A stretch of DNA of 64,000 nucleotides from Entomortierella parvispora E1425 (Eukaryota > Fungi > Mortierellomycota): contig BQFW01000014.1 of assembly GCA_020891255.1 (NCBI GenBank), forward strand, positions 496,001 to 560,000, given 5' to 3'. Position 1 is the stretch's first letter; every line of letters begins with the position of its first letter. A program made the position numbers and the translations under genes. The notes beneath the pieces were generated by a model. That model did not search any database, had not been told where the DNA came from, and was given only the letters and a program-made list of their open reading frames with translations. Positions 34,482 through 45,963 of this stretch are shown in pieces.

Positions 34482-36971
34482 GGAAGAGGAGGAAAGCGAC
34501 GAAGAACCCACTGGAAAGAAGGGTAAGCACAATAATTGAACGTTCGAAATCACGTATTCCGCTGTACGAATCCATTACTAATTTCACCTATTTTTAACGT
34601 CTTTTAGGCCCTCGCGAGCGCAAGGAGACTGACGGCAACGGACGTGTTCGTCGCCGTGCTGTTTTCGGCGATGAAGATGAGGATGTCGAAATGGAGAGCA
34701 GCGATGAGGAAGACGAGGACGAGGACATGGAAGAGGACGACGACGACGAGGAGGATGTTGAGGAGGCCTCCACCAACGGCCGCAGGAAATACAAGTCGAA
34801 GTATGAGGCCAAGCACACTTCTGGAAAGAAGAACGACTCTGATGACGATGAAGAGACCGTTGCCTTCGCTGAGAGTGACAGCGATCTTGGAGATTTGACC
34901 GGCGAGGAAGATGAGGATTCCGAGGAGGACAGCGCCTTGCGCTGGAAGAATGATTTGATGGCCAAGGCCGAATCCGTCTACCACTCCCGTCGTCGCCCCA
35001 ACTTGATGCGTCTCATTTACGGAGATCGCAAGTACACTCCTGAGCAGATTGTCAACGGCGAAATTGAAGAGGGTGGTGCCAAAGACGAAGAATCGGATGA
35101 GGGCTTTGGTACCGGACCTGGAACTGGGGCAGAGGACAGCGATGACGAGGACTTTTTGACTCTCAAGAAGGAAGAGTCAGATGCTGCCATTGCTCAGACC
35201 TTCGACTCTTGCAAGACCACCGTGGAGTTCACCGACCTCGACAACTGGGAGAACCCTGAAGTCAAGGAATCTCTTCGGGATCGTTTCATCACCGGCTCCT
35301 TGGATGTCCCTGGCGCCGCTGGTGGCGATGAGGATGAAGCCTTTGGAGACTTTGAGGATCTTGAGACTGGCGAAAAGGTTGAGGGAGGAGATGAGGGCGA
35401 TGACGACGAGGATGACGAGGATGATGAGGATGAGGGTTCCAGCAAAAAGCCCCAGGGCGAAAAGTCGTACGAGAACATGACCCGTGACGAGATTGCAGCC
35501 AAGAAGGAGCAGCTCAAGAAGAAGTTTGAGGCCGAATATGGTGATGATGATGAGGACAAGAAGGACTTCTACGAGGAGATCAAGGGCGACATGGCCAAGC
35601 AAGCTCAGATCAACGAAGCCGAGTTCGAGGACGATGACCCCACCACACGTGCTATGGTTGAAGGATTCCGTCCCGGTACGTATGTCCGTATTCTTCTCAA
35701 GGACATGCCCTGCGAGTTCATCCAGCACTTCCAGCCCGAATACCCCATCATCATGGGAGGACTCCTTCCAGCAGAGGAGAACTACGGATTTATCCAGGTC
35801 CGTATCAAGAAGCATCGTTGGCACAAGAAGATTCTGAAGACCAACGATCCCTTGATCTTCTCGTTGGGTTGGCGTCGTCTCCAAACCATGCCCATCTACT
35901 CGTTGAACGACGGTACTCGTAACCGCATGCTCAAGTATACGCCGGAGCACATGCATTGTCTGGCGACCATCTATGGACCCATTCACCCACCCAACACTGG
36001 ATTCTGCTGTGTGCAGTCCGTTGCCGATGGCACTGTAAGTTGATTTTCATGTTCTCTTGATCTGTTGTCATTGCCTCCACCGATTACAACCTTAAGGACG
36101 AAACTAATATGAACATCTTTTTTTTTAGTCTGCTTTCAGAATCTCTGCTACTGGAGTTGTGCTGGATATCGATCACACTGTCGAGATTGTCAAGAAGCTC
36201 AAGTTGACTGGTCACCCTTACAAGATTCACAAGAACACTGCCTTTGTCAAGGACATGTTCACGTCTGCTCTGGAAGTCGCCAAGTTTGAAGGTGCCAACA
36301 TCCGGACGGTCTCTGGTATTCGTGGTCAGGTCAAGAAGGCTGTTCAAAAGCCCGAGGGACACTTCCGTGCAACATTCGAGGACAAGGTCTTGATGTCGGA
36401 TATCGTCTTCTTGCGTGCGTGGTACCCCATCAAGCCCAAGAAGTACTGCAACCCTGTCACATCCCTGTTGTTGGCCAAGAAGAAGGAATGGCAAGGAATG
36501 CGTTTGACTGGACAGGTTCGCCATGCCCAGTCTTTGCAGACGCCTCAGGAGCACGACTCTGTGTACAGACCCGTAGAGAGAATGACCCGTCGCTTCAACA
36601 CCCTCAAGGTGCCCAAGGCCATCCGATCGGCTCTGCCCTTCGCCTCCAAGCCCAAGTTGTTGCCTGCTCAGAAGAAGCCTGGCTTGTTGCAGCGTCGTGC
36701 CGTCATGTTGGATCCTGAGCAGAAGCAGGTTTACTCTTTGATGCAGCAGATTCAGACCTTGAAGCGTGACAAGGACCGCAAGAGAGATGAGAAGGCCAAG
36801 GAGCGCAAGGTGGTCTATGACAAGAAGAAGGCCAAGGAGACGGCCAACTACGATAACCGCGTCAAGCGTGAGCGTAAGGAGCAGTACAGGACCCAGGGCA
36901 AGGAAGCAAAGAGAGCAGCGCTCAAGGAGGCCGGTGGAAGGAGGAAGAAGCACAAGAAGTCGGACGATTAA
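32995..36971 (+). CDS. BMS1: Ribosome biogenesis GTPase BMS1
   Basis: Exons 32995..33084, 33176..33322, 33412..34522, 34608..36034, 36129..36971. P-loop [42 protein letters not shown]2CN region, acidic middle, [33 protein letters not shown]. Confidence 0.97.
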
Positions 36972-36978
36972 GAAGGAA

Positions 36979-37006
36979 CCCCCAACCCCCAACCCCAATA
37001 TCCCCC
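36979..37006 (-). other. Four-tract G-quadruplex motif (i-motif on + strand)
   Basis: The + strand reads CCCCC AA CCCCC AA CCCC AATAT CCCCC, starting 8 nt after the BMS1 stop. Confidence 0.6.
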
Positions 37007-37328
37007 ACTTCTAGACTGTCTATTTCTCTCCCACTCTCTCTTCACTCGAGCTTCATTTTTTTATCTTTCAGCATCATTTCATTAAAAAAAAGCACTGCAT
37101 TTTGACACAACATCAATGACTGTAAGGATGCTAGGTTTATATGGGTGGGTTGAAAGATATAAGAGGTACGCGATAAATAAATGAGATGGGTTCAAGATAG
37201 ACGTGCAAGAAGTGTCAAAGGATAGAGAGGAGATTATTATGAGAAAGCAAGGGGCCATGAAGGCATGGGAGAAGGAGGATTGAGAAATGAATTAAAATTT
37301 GAAACGTACTCCAAAAAGTCGCGTTTTT

Positions 37329-39146
37329 TTACATATAACCTGCGCCTCCACCTCCACTTCGCTGTTCATGAGAACGTTGTGGCTGTTGGGGTATCGTCGT
37401 CGTCGATTGCTGTTGCTGATCTGCTTCATAGTATTCTCCATAAGAATCGTTGGCATACATCGAAGCCAGGACTGAATCTGGCTGTGCAAAGTACTGGGCC
37501 AGTTCGTCGTCTTGATTGTATTCGTACACATCTGGGTCCAGGTTCTGCTCATCAAAGTCATCAATGTCCTCCAAGCGTCCACCACCAAGCCGTCCTCCAG
37601 CCGCAGCGGCTGCGGCGGCTGCGGCGGCCCGCTGGCGTTGCTGGACTTGACTGAAATGCCGGATAAGATCTGCACTCGCCGGTGACTCTGCTCTTGGGAT
37701 CTCGCCCTGGTATGGAGTCCCTGCAGCGTTGGGATATTGTGACCGACTCTGTTCGTATTGAGTCGCGGCCGCCGCCATGGCCGCTGCTGCCAAAGCCGCC
37801 TGTTCCGCTGCCGATTGAGGTTGGTGAACGCCAAAGCCTCCGAGTTGATCCTTTTCTTGCTGCTGTTGTTGTTGCTGTTCCAAGAGTTGCTTTTCCTTCT
37901 CGGCCGCCAATTCTGCAGGGGTGGAATCGATACCCGCTCGAGTACCCCAACCGACCTCGTGCAAGGTGAAGAGGGCGTAAATCTTCATGATGGCAAAGTA
38001 ATATCCAAAGATCAAGAACGCAGGTACCCAGATGACATCCTGAGGCCGTTTGAACAGATGGGGCAACAGCTTGATGATACGCGTCAACATCAACCAGACC
38101 ACATACGAAATCACAATGTCCCAAAGCGGCAAATGGAACTTGCCCTGGGCCGCCATGGCCACCACCGAGATGGGACCGGATAAGAGCGTAATCGGGTTAA
38201 AGATCTTGTCTACCATCGTGAACGCGACATAAGGATGACGGCTCCAGATCCGTCGCTCCATGAACAAGGACCGGAAATCGGATCGCCACGTATTTCTAGT
38301 CCAGCGCAGCACCTGCTTCACAAATCGCCAGTTGTTCTTGAACGTTGACAACAACTCGGCTTCTTTGCAGATCTGAACGTATGTATTCCAGCCATGAAAG
38401 ACCATCCAGCGCGTCAAAAACTTGTCGTCTCCAGAATTGAGGGGGTATTTGCCCAGCCAGAAATCGTGTGTAAACTCGTATTGAAAGGCGGGGTCCTGAA
38501 GAATACACGTGCGGTAAGCGGCCGTCCGTCCTGACAGACAACAGACACCTCCATCAATGTGCGTCGAGGCTGCAATTTCAATGTTTCGAATCGTCAATCG
38601 GAATCCTGCCAGAACCTCCCACACTGTCTGGTATCGACCCACGCTCTTGACCGTCTGCGATGTCCCGACGCCACCCATGTTGGGGTCTTCAAAGCAAGCC
38701 AGGATATAATCCAGAGCGGTGGGGGGCCAAATGGCATCGTCGTCTGCAAACACAATGATCTCGCTCGTCGTATTCCGGATACCTTCCACCATCTGCAACC
38801 GCTTGTTGGCCTTGGGCACCGTCAAGACGCGGATGCGTGTGGGATCCACAGAATTGGCCAACTCCTGCAGTGCGTCTCTCATCTTTGTCTCGGTGATGAT
38901 GATGATCTCCTTTGGGTTGTTGACCAGCCAAGAGTGGGCAGCCTCCTTGAATTCCTCTCCTGCGTCGATGGTGGGGACAATGATGGTCACGTCGTATTCG
39001 GGACGGTACGTCGGATTCGCTTTGGGCAGCATTGGCCTGTAGAAAAAGTAGGCGAATAGCTTGATGATGAACCAGAGGTAGCGATAGAAGCCCACCACAC
39101 CCAGCGGCACGAAGACCGGGAACAGGTCCTTGGTCAGGTACAGCAT
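37329..39146 (-). CDS. Membrane-bound processive glycosyltransferase family 2 (Cps1/hyaluronan-synthase-like), 605 aa, intronless
   Basis: N-terminal TM, VTIIVPTID, FADDDAIW (DxD), CLSGRTAAYR, SGDDKFLTRW (catalytic), QVLRW (QxxRW), C-terminal TM helices and a poly-Q/A tail. Confidence 0.92.
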   Translation of the reverse strand: MLYLTKDLFPVFVPLGVVGFYRYLWFIIKLFAYFFYRPMLPKANPTYRPEYDVTIIVPTIDAGEEFKEAAHSWLVNNPKEIIIITETKMRDALQELANSVDPTRIRVLTVPKANKRLQMVEGIRNTTSEIIVFADDDAIWPPTALDYILACFEDPNMGGVGTSQTVKSVGRYQTVWEVLAGFRLTIRNIEIAASTHIDGGVCCLSGRTAAYRTCILQDPAFQYEFTHDFWLGKYPLNSGDDKFLTRWMVFHGWNTYVQICKEAELLSTFKNNWRFVKQVLRWTRNTWRSDFRSLFMERRIWSRHPYVAFTMVDKIFNPITLLSGPISVVAMAAQGKFHLPLWDIVISYVVWLMLTRIIKLLPHLFKRPQDVIWVPAFLIFGYYFAIMKIYALFTLHEVGWGTRAGIDSTPAELAAEKEKQLLEQQQQQQQEKDQLGGFGVHQPQSAAEQAALAAAAMAAAATQYEQSRSQYPNAAGTPYQGEIPRAESPASADLIRHFSQVQQRQRAAAAAAAAAAGGRLGGGRLEDIDDFDEQNLDPDVYEYNQDDELAQYFAQPDSVLASMYANDSYGEYYEADQQQQSTTTIPQQPQRSHEQRSGGGGAGYM

Positions 39147-42100
39147 CTTGCCTCAGTTCCCAGAATAGGAAGGGTGTTGGTGTTGTTTGGAGTCGATATG
39201 TTGTTTGTTGTATGAGAACTCAATTTCTCCTGAGGCTGTGACAGGGGCAAAGCGGAGAGGGGGCAGGACAGTTGGTGGCGTCAAAGAGAGAGAAAGGGAA
39301 GCTCTACTTTGCCCTGGCCGATCTTTGAGTTGTCCGCGGTGAACAGACGAGGCTGGTCCCTCGAGGATGTTTGGGCGAGAGGGAGAGAAAGAGAGAGAGA
39401 AAGAGGAATGGGCAAAGCGCAAAGGATTAATGTTTGTACGCGCACCTGTACCTGTCCGACGCACGGGCTATGAATGTGCAAGGAAAGACAGACAAGGTTG
39501 ACACAAAACGGTTGCACGCAAGAAGGGTTGGAATGAGGTTGATGATGTGAATGAGAACAGGGTGAATGCAATGAGGAAAGAGACAGAGGACGATGTTCGG
39601 GCCAAGACAGACAGGGAAGGGAAAGGGGACAAAGGCGAGGCGAGATCAAAGAAGGGGGCCAGGGAACCAAAGAAGCCAGGCAGGGAGAGAAAGATATGTC
39701 AGGAGAGGAGGGAGAGAGAAAGAAGAAAGAAAGAAAGAGAGCAGGCGCGCGATCAGGGAGGGCACCGGGTGGCAGTGGACCTGGAGATGGACAGGCCGAA
39801 GGTCGTGGTCGAGGGGTGAGGAGGAGAGAGACGAGAAAGGCCGCGACAGAAGGGCAGAATGGAGGAAGGAGGAAGGGTCGAAGGAAGGAAGGAAGGCAAA
39901 AAGAGCAAAGGAAGGCAAGTCTGAAAAAAGAAGGAAGCAAGCATGCCAACATGCCTGCGAGCATTGTCTGCCCGTGCTGCCAGGCTGTAAAAATAGCGCC
40001 GCATGTTGGTCGGTCGGTCGGCCAGTCTGTCCGCATGCACCACATGTAACAAAGACGAGAGTCATTCTCTTCTCGCTGCCTGTTCACCTCCACACAACCA
40101 TCTTGGGTGCAATGGCACAACGGTGGCGAGGCCAATTGAAGATAGCAATCTGTGATAGCAATCAAAAGAAAAGAAAAGGGGGGGCTATCGTCATGTACAG
40201 TTCAGTGCTGTTAATTGACCGGCATGGCACCCTTTCCTTTCCTTCTGACTCCTTCGAGGCCTCCCTCCTTCCCTCACTCACTCCTGATTCGTGTTTCCCC
40301 TCATTTCCTCCGTCTCCTCGCCCGTAGGCCAATGGTTGAAAAAGAATAAAAAAAAATAGACGGATCGGTTGCTTCATCTCGGCCTTCGTTTATAAAGTCA
40401 GGGAATCGCCACTCCTCTTTTTGCGAGCGCGTCGCTTTCTGCTTATCTGGAAAACCAGGGTCCTTTGCCAACGCGTTCCCAGGAGTGAATGCAAACACCG
40501 AACTTGGCAGAACCGTTGAGCAGCTTGTGGAGGAGAGCCAGGAATCCAGTTCATGGAACCGGGACACGAAATGAACAACTTTGTACCGAGCCTTTGTTTC
40601 TGAGTATTCAAAATCCAACAACACACGCGCGCCAGGGTCGTGTCCTGATCCAGGCCGAGGACTCTTTATTCCCTCCTTTGCGCTAGCTTCAACCCTGGCC
40701 CATGTCTATTTTTGACCCTAAAATCAACCCTTGGTAAGGGGATCGCCCACAGTGTTCAACTTTCTGCCCTTTTGGCTCCTCCTCCGCGACGCCTCGCCTC
40801 TCTCCTCCTCTTCACTAAGTCAGTCGTGGAGAGGAATGAAGTGAAATATTAATAACCTGAGCGAATAAACATCCCGGACAAGGGCCAAGGTGGCAGTGAG
40901 AGGGGCGGCTCTCTTCTCTTTTGCTGAACCTTCTCTCGTTGACGAGAAAAAATAAAAAAAGTAAAGGAATAAAAGAAGGACTCTTGAGAGGGGGAGAAAG
41001 GGCGCGGCCATGCGGGGGGACAGCAAGGACCAAATAGGACAGAAACGTGCGCAAACGACAAGTCCGAGATGGCCCAAACACAAATTTAGACGCCCTCCAT
41101 CGCGAGGCGTCATTTGGGACTTCTGACACACTTGAACCCACCTTTTTTTTTTCTCTCTCTCTCTCTCTTTTGACCTTTGAGAGCAAGAGCAGGCACAGCT
41201 TTCATCTTGGGCAGGACAAGTCACTCTGAATGAAAAACCACTCCTTGTTGGTGGTCTCATTTGCTCGTCGCCACCTCTCCTCTAATTATCGGCTTTCCTT
41301 TTTTTTGGTTCTTGTTGACAATGACTTTCAACAGAGGAGTGAAAACAAAACCCAGCAAGGACCGTGATCAATTCAACAGAGGGAAAGTAAGCCTATCATG
41401 GGAGAAGGCTCAGTTGTGGAAAAAAAGACGCCTAAAAGTGTCCACCTGCCAACTTTGCCACGTTTGGAAAGGGAGACGAACAGTTGTCGAGGAGACAAAC
41501 AACAGGTTTTTTTTTTTTCATTTCTTTGTCATGATCCTCTGGATCACGCAAGTGTCGCTGTTTCCCGACCGCGATCCTTCCTCCCGCCTCAGATACTGCT
41601 TTCACCTTGCACAATGTAGATAACCAGGGAGGTCAACTGTCCCCCAAAAGGTTCCCCGGCTGCCAGCATGTCAATTTGTCGGGGTTTGACAATCCAGATG
41701 ATCACGGTAATCAAGCAAGTGAGAGAGCAATGATGGAATCGCGACTGCCCGAGAATTCTTTTTTTAGGGGGTCCCTGGATGACTTTGATTCTTTTTGGAG
41801 TTCAGGAACCCACCGCAGGAGAAAGGGTCTCTACAAGTGGCAGTCATTGAAGCGAGCAGTTGATAGGGGAAATAACGTCTCGTTGTCGCTACTGGCAAGA
41901 CGATCTTCCACGGTCAACACGCGATACACCATAAAGTCGAAAAGAAGAGGGCGAATAAGGACCGGGGCGGTGCTCCCCACCCAACTTTCTGCATGCATGT
42001 AGAATGCGAAAGAGAGACACAGTTTGCTGCCTGGGGGCATGCACAGTGGACAGAGGACAGATGGCAAAGGGAAGGTCTTCAACCAATTGGTTGTTGACTC

Positions 42101-42517
42101 CGATCTGTGGTCACCTTTTTTTCAACAGCAGCAACAATCTTTGCAACCCCTGACCACTTTTAGCCCTTGTCTTCCGCTCCTCTCTTGCCTCACCTCTCTT
42201 CTCTTCATTCTCTTTGTTTGCCAACCTTCAACCTCGTCCCCTACTTTTTTTTGTTCATCTCCACGTTCAGCTCTGCAATCGACCTGTATCTCGCCCTTCT
42301 CTCTCCCTCTCCCCTGCAGATCCTGCATCCTCCCAAGACCCCTTCTTCTCCATCTTTGGCTCTCTCACAGGAACGAAACAAGCAACAGATACTCTTCTCT
42401 ACAATCCTACAATTGTTTATTTCCCATCAACTCCAAGGATCGATTGATTCGCCTCCCCCCACTCCTACATCCCCCCTCAGACACCAGTTGTACATCCACA
42501 GGAGAAACAAAACAGAC

Positions 42518-45500
42518 ATGTCCTACAACCCCGTCAGCACGTCGGACAGCAGGAGTAGCAGTCCGGTGCCATTCTCACAGCAGCAGCAACACCACTCTCA
42601 ACAGCGATTCCGAGGTAGTCATCCACTGACCGATGATCACAGGAGGTAAATCCCCTTTCACTTTTCTCAGGAACCGAGAACAAAGGGAGGACGAATGATT
42701 CCCTCCCCGTTTGACCCTTTTTTGGTGGCTAAAGATCAAACCCATGGCCTCTTTCTCCAGCTCCTGTCTTTTGTTTCGTGGCAGCATGCATGCAGAGGGA
42801 CAAAAGGCAAAGAAGGAACGGACACCTTTTCAAACAGGGTCAACAGCTCCTCACTGAACATCCCAGGAAGATTGTTGACCCCCCGTTCCTTGTGCTGTGG
42901 GCTATGAAGAGCTTGTTACCGAACTTTTTTTTTCACTCTCTTTTCGATTTTTCATTTTATTTATTGTTTTTGATTGTGTGAGCCATGGACTTGCTTTCCA
43001 AGAGTTCAAGTGGTTGGACTTTTTCTTCTCCGTGGCGATCTGAGATTGGATTGTGGGCGTTTGGGGGGAGGGGGGATGGAAAAAGATTTCCTTTCTTCCT
43101 TCTCCAAACAAACCATTATCGGATCTGTAACAAGAAGGCAAGGAGAGAGACAGAGAGGGAGAGACAGAGATACATACAGAGAGAGACAGAGATACATACA
43201 GAGAAAAAGAGAGCGTGCGAGAACACGAATTGAGAAGCGAGAGCGGAAGAACTGTCTGGGAGAGAACATAAATAAGGGACAGAGCCGGAGCAAAAAAGAT
43301 AATTACAGTGCGACCAAGAATAGCCACATGGACGGGCACAGGAAGCAAGGACCAGGATCGAACAAGACAAACACAGAAACAAAAAGAACAGGAGCCAACA
43401 TCCACCATGGACCATATTTCTGCTTTATTGGAAAGTGTGCTCTGGACTTGGGCCGCCACCACCATGGACAATGCACGTTTTATGAGATCGGGGCCAGGAC
43501 GGAAAAAAAAAGAGAGAGCGAGAGAGAGGGAGCGAGGGAGGGCAATACACCACATATTAATAGACCGACACGCATCATCCTTTATGTACTTCGGCTCGAA
43601 CGACACACCGTTGCAGAATAATAACAGGAAACAAGGAGGTGTCGCAACGGCCATGGAGGAGGGGGTTTGATTGCTGGTGGGGTTGAGGTTTGGTCTACTA
43701 CTGTTGCGTCCATTAGTGCGGTGTTTTTTCGTTGCCTTTTCCTCTCTCTCCCTTTGCCTCTCGTCCTCGTTATCCTCCCTACATTCACGACCCTCGTGTC
43801 TCGCCCTACCTCACTTTCTCCACAACTTGCCTCACAGGACAGAGAGTCAACACAGCTTTGACCATTCCCAATCCACTCGTTGACTTTACTCACCCGCTCT
43901 TTGCTCCCCTCTCGTTGCTACCCCTTTTTTTTCTCTCTCTCTCTCTCTGTCCATCGGACCCTCTTCTCTCCGCACAGCTCGGAAGACAACGTCGTAGCGC
44001 CAGGATCCCCTTACGTCGACCTGTTGAACAAGTCGTTTGCAACCGATCAGGATCTGGGAAGGCTCCCAATCACAGGACACCAGCCAGCAGAGGACTATAA
44101 CGCGACCAGAAACCCGTTCGAACAGCAACCCTCCTTTTCCTCTTCCTCGTCTTCTTTTTCACCACCGCTGTCGCCCTATCAGCAACAACAGAAACATCAG
44201 GCACGCTCAATCCTCCAGAAGAATCAGGAACGAGAACGAGGATCTTTTTCATCACAGCAACAACAGGCCTATTACTACCAGGAGCCAAGTTCGTTGAATC
44301 TAGACGATTCACACCATTCGTATAAACAACAGCAACAGGATCGACAGTCATACCTTGCAGCCGAACTTCACCCTCCTCGCTCGTCGTTTGCTCAAGAAGC
44401 CAATATGATGCGACCTCCTTATCAACATGGATCCGGGACGGCCTCAACGGTCGGATCCATTGAGGGTCGAGACCTTACAGACAACAACTCTACTCATCGA
44501 TCTCTGTCTGCGCACCAATTGAGGCCCACGGGAATGAGCCACAGCAGCATGGACCCGAATACGGCCTATAACATGACTCAGTCGGACATGACTCTGGAGG
44601 GACTGGCGGAAAGATGGCAGGCCTATCAGGCCTGGTGGGCAAAGCAATACAAGGACTTGCCGTTTTATCGCCTGTGGACGAAATCGAAATGGATCCTGCT
44701 GTTCTCTGTACTCCTGTTGATGGCGTACTCGGCGGCAGCGATGGCGGTCTCGCTTGGATATATCTTTGGACGTAAGTCTGGCCCTGCTGTGGTTTTGATG
44801 CGGAAGAAAGGATATGGACAGGGCGCAATGTGTAAAAATGTCTATTTCTTTTTGTTCGATCGATGAAGCTGATCCCCTTTCTCGGCCTCCTCTTTCCTCG
44901 GCCCCCTTCTCTTCCCTCCCTCTAGGCTTCGAAAATTCTCCGGTGGTCATGGAGTTTCATGGCAACATCATCTACAGTAAGTCAGGGGGGAACCCGAGGA
45001 GGACTGACACACGGAGTAGACAGATGCGTTATCAACAAGGAGAGATTGAGATGCTTACAGATAACCCCATCCCCCCTTGATAATTTTTAGTCACTTTGGC
45101 AGGATCTGCTCTTGCATTGGTAACGGCCGTGATCGGCTTCATCGGCATCGTGAGGGAGAACCGGATATGGCTGTCTTACTATGCACTGCTGCTGTGGCCA
45201 GTGTTTTGTCTGTATATATCGGTGGGCTACATTGCTTTCCGTCGCTCCAAGAACCATCTTCGAAACCATCTCCGTGACGAATGGATGCACGATTACACAC
45301 GGGACCAGCGGTTGCTTGTCCAGCGCAACGTAAGTTTCTTTCTTGTGTGGCATTCTTTTCGCGTTTATCAGGTCTTTTTTTTTCGATCTGCTTCAGGTTC
45401 TTTGTCGCTCATTTTTTTTCTCTTTTTTTTTTCCTGGGACATTCTAGTTGAAGTGCTGTGGATATCTCTCCCCACTCCAGAATGCCGAGTACGACCTGCG

Positions 45501-45705
45501 GTGCTTCCCCATGATTAACTTGCCTGGATGCATTCACAAGTATAACCTGTACGAAGACAAGCTCTTGACGACCGTCTACACATCGAGCTTCTCCTTGGTG
45601 CTTCCTCAACTGTTTGTGATGATTGTGGCTCTGCTGTGCTCGAACCACGTGGACGCCATGCTCCGATCCGGTCGACCAGGTCTCAAGAGCTTCAAGGAGC
45701 AATAA
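42518..45705 (+). CDS. Tetraspanin with long disordered N-terminus (Tsp2-like)
   Basis: Exons 42518..42645, 43978..44771, 44926..44976, 45091..45329, 45448..45705. Four hydrophobic helices, GFIG...ENR, and the CCG motif LKCCGY...RCF...PGC. Exon 1 is inferred from a phase-compatible donor and acceptor. Confidence 0.85.
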
Positions 45706-45963
45706 AAAAAAAACTCTCCTCATTCCCTCCTCCCCCCAAGTACCACTCTTTGTTTTTTTAAAGAAAAAACAAAAAGACAATTTTCTCAGCATTCAGCATC
45801 CCTTCGACAAAGGACAAATCAAAAAACAATCAGGACACTCTGATCACCCACTTCAATAAAGCATCCGAGCCCATTATTATTGCTTTTTTCTACGCAATTC
45901 GTTTTATTGCTTGGAACTTCTGCTAGATGTGGAGAGGAAGTATGACAAACCCTTCCTGCGCTT

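Noticed and set aside
35177-36998. Long antisense ORFs (269 and 304 aa) opposite BMS1
   Set aside because: Shadow frames expected from strong codon bias. No motifs, and BMS1 explains the region.
39281-40327. 294-aa and 244-aa ORFs upstream of the GT2
   Set aside because: Low-complexity translation of CT/GA-rich promoter or leader DNA.
42902-43654. 250-aa and 215-aa ORFs inside the tetraspanin intron
   Set aside because: Derived from GA/CT repeats and compositionally non-protein-like.
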